DNA of 64,000 nt, from the IMG/VR virus record IMGVR_UViG_3300031949_000019. One strand, written 5' to 3'. This DNA comes from a virus. Positions 17,163 through 25,423 of the stretch are shown piece after piece (the stretch's first letter is position 1; each line of letters starts with the position of its first letter). A program made the position numbers and the translations under genes. Under the pieces are notes generated by a model. The model searched no databases. It was not told the DNA's origin and worked only from the letters and a program-made list of their open reading frames with translations.

Positions 17163-19022
17163 CTAACGCATCCGAATGTTAGTAAAACCGTGGCTCAGGC
17201 CACGGGCAGCAGTGGTGCGCGTTTCAACCTCAAAATAATAATCCCCTATCGATCCTGTTGGTAAGTTGGTTGTATGAGTTGCCACCAATGAAAAGCTAAC
17301 CCCAACATCGGTAGAAATATAAAACTTGATGGAGGATGTACTTTCTACGACTATCACAAGAATATAAGCTGTGCTAAGTGAAACCGTAATACCTGTATCG
17401 GTAATAGTTCCACCTCCTGAGTTATCGTTAGTAAATGCCTGCCAAGTGGTGTCGCTCGCAACGGTACTGAAACGAAATCCCATCCCATCTAATGTTGGAT
17501 CATCTGAACCTGCCGGATTGCTGCTAAAACTGCCAACCCATATTCGCGTTGATGTAATGTCAGTAAAGGTCATCAACTTAGTAAATATCTGAGGTAGCCA
17601 GTCCACCCAGATAAACGCACCATTGTTAAAATTAAATCCCGCCGTGTTACCAACTGAGGCTCCCGTATTGCGCCGAAGCCAAGGCCCACTTGCGTTATCT
17701 ATATTGGCAGAAACATCAAAAAAAGCAGTGATAGCGCAACCATAAGCGTCAGTGGCGGTACTGTTAGGCCGAGCGTTGACACCCATTAGACGATAGGTTT
17801 CAAACTGCCCACCAATGAACGTACTGCTTGCACCTGTACCGCTAAAACCACTAAAGCCGGATGTTCCTATACCTGAGAATCCAGAGTACCCACTGATTCC
17901 GGAATCACCAGAGAAGCCAGAGACGCCGCTGTACCCGCTTTCACCAGAAGCCCCGCTAGCCCCGGATGCGCCACTCGATCCCGGCCCTCCGGCCTCTGCG
18001 GAAAAACCAGAAGTGCCGGAGAACCCTGATACGCCGCTAAATCCTGAAATACCCGAGTAGCCTGACTCTCCCGATGCTCCGCTGAATCCGCTGGTGCCTG
18101 TTCCAGAAGCACCACTCGCCCCGGAGAAGCCTGACTCTCCACTAAAACCTGAAGCTCCTGAAACCCCAGACTCGCCGGAGAATCCAGAAACGCCAGAGGT
18201 TCCTGAAGTTCCCACTGCTCCGCTAGTTCCAGAAAACCCACTGACGCCGGACGCTCCACTCGCCCCACTTGCCCCTGAAGCGGCTATAGCTCCCGCTGCG
18301 CCTGAAACACCTGAGTATCCACTCTGGCCCGAAGCCCCAGATGCGCCAGAAAACCCACTCTTACCCGGCTTGTTTCCTGAGAATCCAGAGAATCCACTTT
18401 TACCAGAAGTCCCTGAATAGCCACTGAAGCCTGATTTACCAGATGCCCCGCTCGCTCCGCTTGCGCCTGATGCGCCCGACGTTCCCGAGAATCCGCTTGT
18501 ACCCGAGAAACCGGAAGTTCCTGAAAATCCGCTAACCCCAGAAAACCCGGATATTCCACTCGCGCCTGACGCCCCACTTTCACCGGGGGTAGCCCCGGAA
18601 ACACCTGAAGCCCCTGATGCGCCTGACGATCCAACATTGTCGCCGGAGAAACCACTAACACCTGAGAAGCCTGAAGTTCCTGTGGCCCCACTAACCCCGG
18701 AGGTGCCAACTCCTGACGTACCAGACGCCCCAGAGGCGCCTGATTCTCCCGACGTGCCTGAGAAGCCGGACACCCCGCTAAATCCGCTTGTGCCGGGGTT
18801 GTCGCCACTGAAGCCTGAGACTCCAGAGTATCCTGAAACGCCACTCTCACCGGAGAAGCCAACACCGCTTGCACCACTAAATCCAGATGCGCCAGAGTAG
18901 CCGGACGTACCAGGATTGTCGCCGCTAAATCCTGAAACACCTGACGCACCACTTGCGCCGTCGCTGCCCGGAATGCCGACTTCAACTATCCGAATATTGG
19001 TGTCGTCAGAAATTATCGTCAA
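17163..19022 (-). CDS. long (Gly-X-Ser)n collagen-like fibre protein with C-terminal globular (possibly lectin-like) domain
   Basis: About 120 G-X-S triplets with short interruptions, then about 220-aa beta-rich domain. Confidence 0.85.
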   Translation of the reverse strand: MTIISDDTNIRIVEVGIPGSDGASGASGVSGFSGDNPGTSGYSGASGFSGASGVGFSGESGVSGYSGVSGFSGDNPGTSGFSGVSGFSGTSGESGASGASGTSGVGTSGVSGATGTSGFSGVSGFSGDNVGSSGASGASGVSGATPGESGASGASGISGFSGVSGFSGTSGFSGTSGFSGTSGASGASGASGASGKSGFSGYSGTSGKSGFSGFSGNKPGKSGFSGASGASGQSGYSGVSGAAGAIAASGASGASGASGVSGFSGTSGAVGTSGTSGVSGFSGESGVSGASGFSGESGFSGASGASGTGTSGFSGASGESGYSGISGFSGVSGFSGTSGFSAEAGGPGSSGASGASGASGESGYSGVSGFSGDSGISGYSGFSGIGTSGFSGFSGTGASSTFIGGQFETYRLMGVNARPNSTATDAYGCAITAFFDVSANIDNASGPWLRRNTGASVGNTAGFNFNNGAFIWVDWLPQIFTKLMTFTDITSTRIWVGSFSSNPAGSDDPTLDGMGFRFSTVASDTTWQAFTNDNSGGGTITDTGITVSLSTAYILVIVVESTSSIKFYISTDVGVSFSLVATHTTNLPTGSIGDYYFEVETRTTAARGLSHGFTNIRMR

Positions 19023-19025
19023 ATT

Positions 19026-19361
19026 TCAACAGTCCTTTGCGAACATCAATCCTGAGATAATGCAGGGGATCGTAAAGCCACTCGTATCAACTACGCTGAC
19101 GTGGTAATGTCCCGCGTCCCACGTCAATGCCGTAGTGGCAGCTTCATCCAGATTAAACCGCCAAACACCGGGGCTTGCCTCGACGAACAAGTTGTTGCCT
19201 GTGTTCCAAGTAAACGCTGAAGCACCGTTAGGCTCACCAATAAATTCGGCTGAGAGCACGGGGATGACAACACCGTCAGCATCGGTGAACGTAATTGTGG
19301 GTTGATAAATCCCGCCTCGGGTAATTACCACGGTGAAACTAGCAATGAATACATCGGCCAT
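19026..19361 (-). CDS. putative fibre-anchoring / BppU-like beta-sandwich protein
   Basis: ITRGG...TITFTDADG...WRFNL..A.T..L.W..G.Y pattern; precedes fibre gene. Confidence 0.5.
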   Translation of the reverse strand: MADVFIASFTVVITRGGIYQPTITFTDADGVVIPVLSAEFIGEPNGASAFTWNTGNNLFVEASPGVWRFNLDEAATTALTWDAGHYHVSVVDTSGFTIPCIISGLMFAKDC

Positions 19362-19379
19362 ATTTAAGGTTCTCTTAAG

Positions 19380-20693
19380 CTATTGTGCTTCCCAGACGAA
19401 GTTCTGCGCGGCGGCAGTCCCGGTCTCCGTCCATACTATATCGAATGTTGTAGCCCCCACGTTCTGAATTATTCCCGACACCGTGTTTCCGCTTGAAGTT
19501 GCAAGGAACACCGCAAAGGTCGATGATGTTTGGCTTGCCTGTGCTGCCGTTCCCGCCGAGGTCATATACACACATCTGTTTCCACTTGAATTCCAGATGC
19601 CCATAGAAAACGGAGTCGGAGTAGCAGAGTTGCTATTTACAAACGCCCCAATACCGTAGATGCGAACAATTACGGGTGTCTTGCCCAAACCATGGGTGAT
19701 TGTCTGCGTGCCCGTGGCCGTGGGTGATGCTTCTACGCCAGCAGTCGATAAGGGAGTACCAGAGAGTCCACTCGTTCCACTGAAGCCTGATGTACCACTT
19801 GCGCCCGCTGCCCCGGAAGTGCCTGATGTTCCGGCACCCGTCGCACCTGAAACTCCCGATGTCCCCTGACTACCTGTTTCACCACTGAATCCGCTAATCC
19901 CTGAAAATCCACTTATTCCCGATGCGCCCGTTGCGCCAGATGTCCCGCTCGTTCCTGCTCCTGTCGCTCCCGACACTCCCGAAGCACCCGCAACACCACT
20001 GTCCCCAGAGAACCCTGATTCTCCACTAAAACCTGAAACCCCACTTGTTCCTGAGAATCCAGACGTGCCAGAATCGCCAGAAGCACCACTCGCTCCGTCA
20101 ATTCCTGTGGCCCCTGAAATACCGCTCATCCCCGAATAGCCACTTTGTCCGCTAGTTCCCGACGCTCCATCGGCACCGGCGCCCCCAGCCTCACCTGAAA
20201 TACCTGATTCCCCGCTGAAACCAGATGTTCCACTCGTACCCGCTCCTGTAGCCCCACTTGTTCCAGAAGTACCCGATGTACCTTGCGTACCCATCGCCCC
20301 TGACGTGCCGCTTGCGCCGATAGCACCTGAAACCCCAGACTCGCCTTGAGTTCCAGTCGCTCCGCTAACACCCGAAAATCCTGACTCCCCACCCACACCA
20401 GTACTGAGTGTGGTAATTATCGCCGTCCATGTATTAACCTCGTCACTTGACAGAGCCATGGTTTGGTTAGGCTGTAGTGTTGGTGTGCCAACAAAAATAT
20501 CTCCACCCTGAATTTCAAGGGTTAACACATCAAGAGATTGCGCACTATTGACAACGGTTTTTTGGGCTTGAGCACCTATGCAGGCTGAGGCCGCAGGCAA
20601 CGTGCCAGTCGCAGCAATCGAAAGAACGAAGCCTATGTAATCGTTATCTGGCACGATTGTATAGTCAGCAGTTTCGATTACGCGAGATGCCAT
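19380..20693 (-). CDS. TLPxA domain + (Gly-X-Ser)n repeat + C-terminal tail-fibre tip domain
   Basis: N-terminal TLPAASAC domain, about 70 triplets, C-terminal TQTITHGLGKTP typical of fibre tips. Confidence 0.85.
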   Translation of the reverse strand: MASRVIETADYTIVPDNDYIGFVLSIAATGTLPAASACIGAQAQKTVVNSAQSLDVLTLEIQGGDIFVGTPTLQPNQTMALSSDEVNTWTAIITTLSTGVGGESGFSGVSGATGTQGESGVSGAIGASGTSGAMGTQGTSGTSGTSGATGAGTSGTSGFSGESGISGEAGGAGADGASGTSGQSGYSGMSGISGATGIDGASGASGDSGTSGFSGTSGVSGFSGESGFSGDSGVAGASGVSGATGAGTSGTSGATGASGISGFSGISGFSGETGSQGTSGVSGATGAGTSGTSGAAGASGTSGFSGTSGLSGTPLSTAGVEASPTATGTQTITHGLGKTPVIVRIYGIGAFVNSNSATPTPFSMGIWNSSGNRCVYMTSAGTAAQASQTSSTFAVFLATSSGNTVSGIIQNVGATTFDIVWTETGTAAAQNFVWEAQ

Positions 20694-20695
20694 CT

Positions 20696-21532
20696 TTAAC
20701 CTTTCGGGAAAATGTCAACAATCATTGCGTAAACAACAATGTGATTGTCAACAATCTGATTTTGGTCGATACTGATGGCTTGAATAGAAGTCCAATCAAA
20801 TCCAGCGACATTTACCGCTGCAATCGCAAGATCAAGACTTCCGCCAGCCATCGCAATAATGTTTGCGTGAGTTGAGTCAATATAATGCAGCCATGCCTCA
20901 GTAATTTGCAGACTTGCTGCGCCAGAGTCTGTAGTTGCTGCTACCGTGACCCCGTTTACTATAGTTGTGCCGGTGATAGGCGATCCAGTATCACCCTTCC
21001 AGTAGGATCGCACCCTAAGACGATCATCAACTTGTGTTAAAGTATTAGCGGGCAGATTCGCGGAAACTACAACTTGGGCTGTGTTGTCTACGCCCGCCGT
21101 GCCTGTGCCGCTAATGTAGGTAGCCGATGAGCTAAGGTGAACACCGATAGGAAGAACTCCAGAGAACCCACTGGCCCCGCTGAAACCACTTGTCCCGGAA
21201 TCCCCACTTGCTCCTGAATACCCTGAAACACCGCTTGTTCCAGAAAAACCAGATATACCTGAAAATCCGCTAGCCCCAGAAAAACCTGATGCACCCGAAA
21301 ATCCAGATACACCAGAAAATCCAGATGTGCCCTCTGCACCAACTGCCCCGCTAACGCCTGAAAATCCAGACTGCCCAGAAAATCCGCTTGTGCCGGAGGT
21401 TCCGCTTGCGCCTGAAGCACCCGGATTAGCACCAGAGAAACCAGATTTACCAGAGGCTCCTGAAGTTCCAGAAGTACCTACCCCAGATGCGCCACTCAGA
21501 CCGATATTGATTTCTATTATGCGAATCGGCAT
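20696..21532 (-). CDS. (Gly-X-Ser)n repeat protein with C-terminal globular domain
   Basis: About 37 triplets after MPIRIIEINIG. Confidence 0.82.
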   Translation of the reverse strand: MPIRIIEINIGLSGASGVGTSGTSGASGKSGFSGANPGASGASGTSGTSGFSGQSGFSGVSGAVGAEGTSGFSGVSGFSGASGFSGASGFSGISGFSGTSGVSGYSGASGDSGTSGFSGASGFSGVLPIGVHLSSSATYISGTGTAGVDNTAQVVVSANLPANTLTQVDDRLRVRSYWKGDTGSPITGTTIVNGVTVAATTDSGAASLQITEAWLHYIDSTHANIIAMAGGSLDLAIAAVNVAGFDWTSIQAISIDQNQIVDNHIVVYAMIVDIFPKG

Positions 21533-22039
21533 TTAGGTTTCGACGATTCCCGGCGCAAGTAGCGCGGCGACCAAAAACATCATAAATTCCGTCACGTCTT
21601 GCATCTTGTCCATTAGCCCCTGCATCTCGGCCTGAACATATCCAACTGAAGCAACCGTAGCAGGGTAGGTTGATTGCGCGCTTCCGTTTGGCGTCCCTGT
21701 CCACGGATTTACGCTGCCGTTTCCCGTCAGCGCGGTGAATGAGGTAATGTCAGAATTTGTGCCGCTCTGTGCCGCACTGATGCTTGCCCGCACCGTGGCC
21801 GCATTGGCAACAGCCAGCGTTACAAGCCCCATCCCTGCGATAAACTCATAGCCCGTAGCTCCTCCACTTAAGGTAATCGTCGGGCCTGTGGCTTGCCCAG
21901 AGTTTCCATTGATTGTGTTGATAACCGTAGTTGTATCGCCCGCGATATTGGTAATCGAGGCGGTGATTAGGGGAGGCGAATACTGCTGATAAGTATAGTC
22001 AGACACCAAGCCAAAGTTCTCGTCACCTATGTATGCCAT
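21533..22039 (-). CDS. putative tail fibre/needle protein
   Basis: AAQSGTNSDITSFTAL resembles the GANSDITSL fibre motif; C-terminal helix. Confidence 0.55.
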   Translation of the reverse strand: MAYIGDENFGLVSDYTYQQYSPPLITASITNIAGDTTTVINTINGNSGQATGPTITLSGGATGYEFIAGMGLVTLAVANAATVRASISAAQSGTNSDITSFTALTGNGSVNPWTGTPNGSAQSTYPATVASVGYVQAEMQGLMDKMQDVTEFMMFLVAALLAPGIVET

Positions 22040-22359
22040 TAGATTTCTACCTCCGTGATGTCCGCGCCTTTGAACTGCTCTTTGATCTGAATCAGAGCCT
22101 TGGCTTTCTCGTTTTCCATCAACAGTTTACTATACATCGTTGTCTCTCCGAGCTTTATTGTGTAGCGGTACATTGGGACTTTGTTAGGCACTTTTGAGTC
22201 TCCGGTGCGTTCGATTCGATAGGCGTAATTTCCGCCCATGCGTTTGCGAATGTCAGCTAAAGCGTCCGGCGCACAGTTGCGTGTTGTTTCTGGAACCCAT
22301 TCTCCGATGTGGATAAGGTTGTTACCGTCGTAAACTGAGAAGCGAATTTGATTGCTCAT
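22039..22359 (-). CDS. hypothetical protein
   Basis: 106 aa, coupled to neighbours. Confidence 0.65.
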   Translation of the reverse strand: MSNQIRFSVYDGNNLIHIGEWVPETTRNCAPDALADIRKRMGGNYAYRIERTGDSKVPNKVPMYRYTIKLGETTMYSKLLMENEKAKALIQIKEQFKGADITEVEI

Positions 22360-22826
22360 CTTCTAACACCTTGATCTGAAATTTCCATACAAATCTGATC
22401 GAGACGATCTCTCGCTGCGTTCCCTGTATCGTCACCAGAGACACGGCAAGTTTGTAACGTCCCTACGATGTTAATAGGCTTGCGCTTCGTCTGTGTTACG
22501 TGCGTGGTATCAGGAAACGACTGAGGTCGTGTAATGTTCGTAGTGTTCGTTCTTACTCCATCTTCTAAGTCGGCAACGACAATAGGTTGCTCCACGTCAT
22601 ACGCATATCCCATTGCCTCACAGTTAGTCACACGGCCAACCAAGTAGATTGACTTTGTGTTTTTCGTGGTCAACTCATTGCCGCTGTCTGACAACTGAGG
22701 GACAATCCACCACGCACTGCCTTCGCCTGCGTCAAACGTAAGTGTGTCTGCCGTTCCCGCTGTGGTTGTATCCACAAACGGAACCATAATTTCGGCAACT
22801 ACTTGTGTGACGTTTACCTGACTCAT
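22356..22826 (-). CDS. putative tail protein (may be a detached C-terminal part of the nozzle protein)
   Basis: 156 aa, beta-rich; WWIVPQLSDSGNE...K.I...GR pattern. Confidence 0.5.
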   Translation of the reverse strand: MSQVNVTQVVAEIMVPFVDTTTAGTADTLTFDAGEGSAWWIVPQLSDSGNELTTKNTKSIYLVGRVTNCEAMGYAYDVEQPIVVADLEDGVRTNTTNITRPQSFPDTTHVTQTKRKPINIVGTLQTCRVSGDDTGNAARDRLDQICMEISDQGVRR

Positions 22827-25423
22827 ATTCCAAACCGAGTAATTAGCGCGGATTCTATGCTGGCTAAATCCGCTGGTTGCAACTCAATCGACCAAATCTT
22901 TGTGAATGGTACTTGCCCCTGCGGTGCGTCGTTTCCATCCCCTCCGTCAAACCCTGCTCCGCTCTGAAGGAAATTCAACTGATTGTTTATTATCGGCTCA
23001 GTGCCAACCGCGTAGGTGTCCGAAGCCTCTTCCACGCTATTGATGCGTATTGAAACTGTGGCACCGTCGCAAATAACCGTCACTAAATAGGTGGTATTCT
23101 CAGCGATCACTGTAACGGCTTGAGCGACGCAGATAGTCGAGCCAACCGAGTTGACTCGCTGAAAATAAATGAGTCCCGTGCCACCCGGATCTCCGCTGCC
23201 CCCCAAAGCCAATAGCCAACCCGTTAAATCTCCTCCTGTATTTCCTTTGCGGTCAATAATCTTCGGCTCGCCGTTCTGCCAACAGCCTTGGAATTGCGTG
23301 AGATTAAACACGCACATTAAAGTAAAGGCGCTGGGTAGAAACAAGTCGCTGGCAGTTCCCGTCCCCGTGTTCAGGTAGCCCGCGTTGCGAGTTGTTGGTA
23401 GACAGTCCAGCGGTTCAGTAAACCCAACGATACTAGGCTCGTTGTTGACGGCAGGTGAGCTGGTATCAAACGTCTGTTCTACCCAGTCTCCCGAAATCAC
23501 ATGGGCCAGAGAGAGCGTGTACCCGTGAATTCCGGTTTCCACGATTGAGGTAATTGGATCACCGTCACCATAAGTTCCGGTATAATTCGCCGCGTCTACC
23601 TCAAAGATTACAGCTTCTTCAGGTGGTGGTGGAGGTGGCGGAGGCACTGGTGCGTCGAGTGCATAGCCAAACTCGCTTCCGTTGAACTTCGCTGTTGACC
23701 ACACACCTGTATCCGGGGCAGTTTCATAAGGGAACTGATAGATCAAGTAATCTGTTGACGGCGTAATTCCGTCGCTTTCACTGTCAGTAGAACTTTGTCT
23801 CGCCACCGCTCCTACTGTATGACCTGCTTCGTCTACCTTTGTGCAAAGATTGACCACCACGGCATCAACACTGGCCGATGTTGTATCCTGCGTGGCAAAC
23901 GTATCCTTACCCCCAGTCACAATCTGCGCCCGCGCTTTTACCGACACGCAGGATGTACCCCAAGTATCCGGCGCTGCCATCGTTGTACTGGGAGGGATTT
24001 CACCGCCAGTGGTAGCCTTCAATTTCGATGAGACGTTGATTAGACCACTTGAGTGACGGTTGATATAACCAGACGGGGTTGCAGGCGCCTGGGATTCAGT
24101 CATTTCAATAGCGATGATCAGATCATTGTCTGTAAGGCTGTTTACCTGCGCAAAAGTAATGGTATCGGTTGGAGGCGGCTGTGTTGTTAGTGCCCCTCCC
24201 ACGCTGGCAGAACTGCCCTCAATAGGGATAGCCTGATTCACTCCAGTAAAGCAGAGCACGACAATTTCATTGACTTGTTCTAATGGCTCCCCGTTATGAG
24301 GCAGAGAAGTTAGAAACGTCCAACTCGCTGGTTCGGACGCTCCAGCCAATTTCATAACCACAGTAGAACACCAAAGAATCGCGCTATAAGAACCGGGGAC
24401 AACAAATGGATCGAACAAAAATAGGCCGCCAACCCCTCCTCCTTCACTTGATGTGGGTATTGGGGTGCCAGTAGTGGTAAAGGGTGATGCGTCGGGAACG
24501 ACGTTGCTGCTTTCCGAACTCCCGCTAGTGCGAATGATCAGCACCATTAAATCGCCTTCGGTAATTCCTGCTGGAGCGGAGACAGTGGGCGAGAGGGTAG
24601 AACTGGACACGCTAACAAATGTTGGCGCGGAACTTGGATCGGTATCAGGAGCAAAGTTGTATGACGTATCGCCATCAGGCGGGTTTTCATCTACGTTACC
24701 GTAGTTTGGAATTCCCGGCACGGGCACCCAGTTGGTGTAAAAACCTGCCCCATTGGGAAAATAGGCTCGGAGGTGTTTATTCCCCTGAAAGTCGTTAAAA
24801 GCCGAGCCTGTGTCATCACAGGTATAGAAGTCATCCCAACTCGCGGTCGGCGGTACCGCGTCTGTAAGCGTATTGCCATCTGCCCCGTAGCCTACAACGG
24901 AGAGCAATCCTGTGCCGCCATTTTGTGTGTCCCCAGTGAAGTCAATAATGGTAGTGACGGTTGTAGAATCCAACCAGAGTTTTATTACAACGCGGCCAGC
25001 AACATCGTCGATAAAACCTTGAACCTCAATATAGTAGTACGTTCCAACTTCAACAGGGTCAATAGCGCTCGCTAATAATGCTCCCGCCTGTGTGCCCAAA
25101 TACGCCTCAATAATTCCAATGCTATCGACCGTGATAGCAATATGAGGCGTAAAGTCCGATTCCATAAACTGAAGAATCGTCGCTCGTCCTGATGGTGGAA
25201 GTGCCCCAAGTCGGAATGCGATCCCCTTGAATAAAGTGAGTGATTCCACCGTCTCGCCAAAGAGTTTAAGTTCTTCCAGGAAGTAAGTTGTCCCGTAAAA
25301 AGTGACTGCTCCCGAACTGCTATTGCGACCCGCGCCCGCACTGATTATCGCCGTCGATGCAGCCGCGTACTTCTGCGTGATGTCGTTATAGTAATCAAAA
25401 CTGTCAGTGCTAATTAGTGCCAT
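22823..25423 (-). CDS. multi-domain tail spike/adhesin with poly-Pro linker and C-terminal LamG/ConA-like domain
   Basis: 866 aa; PVPPPPPPPPEE linker; FTLMCVFNL...YLVTVICDGATVSIRINSVE LamG-like strands. Confidence 0.7.
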   Translation of the reverse strand: MALISTDSFDYYNDITQKYAAASTAIISAGAGRNSSSGAVTFYGTTYFLEELKLFGETVESLTLFKGIAFRLGALPPSGRATILQFMESDFTPHIAITVDSIGIIEAYLGTQAGALLASAIDPVEVGTYYYIEVQGFIDDVAGRVVIKLWLDSTTVTTIIDFTGDTQNGGTGLLSVVGYGADGNTLTDAVPPTASWDDFYTCDDTGSAFNDFQGNKHLRAYFPNGAGFYTNWVPVPGIPNYGNVDENPPDGDTSYNFAPDTDPSSAPTFVSVSSSTLSPTVSAPAGITEGDLMVLIIRTSGSSESSNVVPDASPFTTTGTPIPTSSEGGGVGGLFLFDPFVVPGSYSAILWCSTVVMKLAGASEPASWTFLTSLPHNGEPLEQVNEIVVLCFTGVNQAIPIEGSSASVGGALTTQPPPTDTITFAQVNSLTDNDLIIAIEMTESQAPATPSGYINRHSSGLINVSSKLKATTGGEIPPSTTMAAPDTWGTSCVSVKARAQIVTGGKDTFATQDTTSASVDAVVVNLCTKVDEAGHTVGAVARQSSTDSESDGITPSTDYLIYQFPYETAPDTGVWSTAKFNGSEFGYALDAPVPPPPPPPPEEAVIFEVDAANYTGTYGDGDPITSIVETGIHGYTLSLAHVISGDWVEQTFDTSSPAVNNEPSIVGFTEPLDCLPTTRNAGYLNTGTGTASDLFLPSAFTLMCVFNLTQFQGCWQNGEPKIIDRKGNTGGDLTGWLLALGGSGDPGGTGLIYFQRVNSVGSTICVAQAVTVIAENTTYLVTVICDGATVSIRINSVEEASDTYAVGTEPIINNQLNFLQSGAGFDGGDGNDAPQGQVPFTKIWSIELQPADLASIESALITRFGI

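Noticed and set aside
11498-20400. Alternative-frame and antisense ORFs over the Gly-X-Ser genes (e.g. 11498-11995, 11863-12087, 17815-18060, 18094-18420, 18284-18985, 18637-18900)
   Set aside because: PEAP/PENP or low-complexity translations are the expected shadows of GGN-NNN-TCN/AGY repeats; no RBS or domain motifs.
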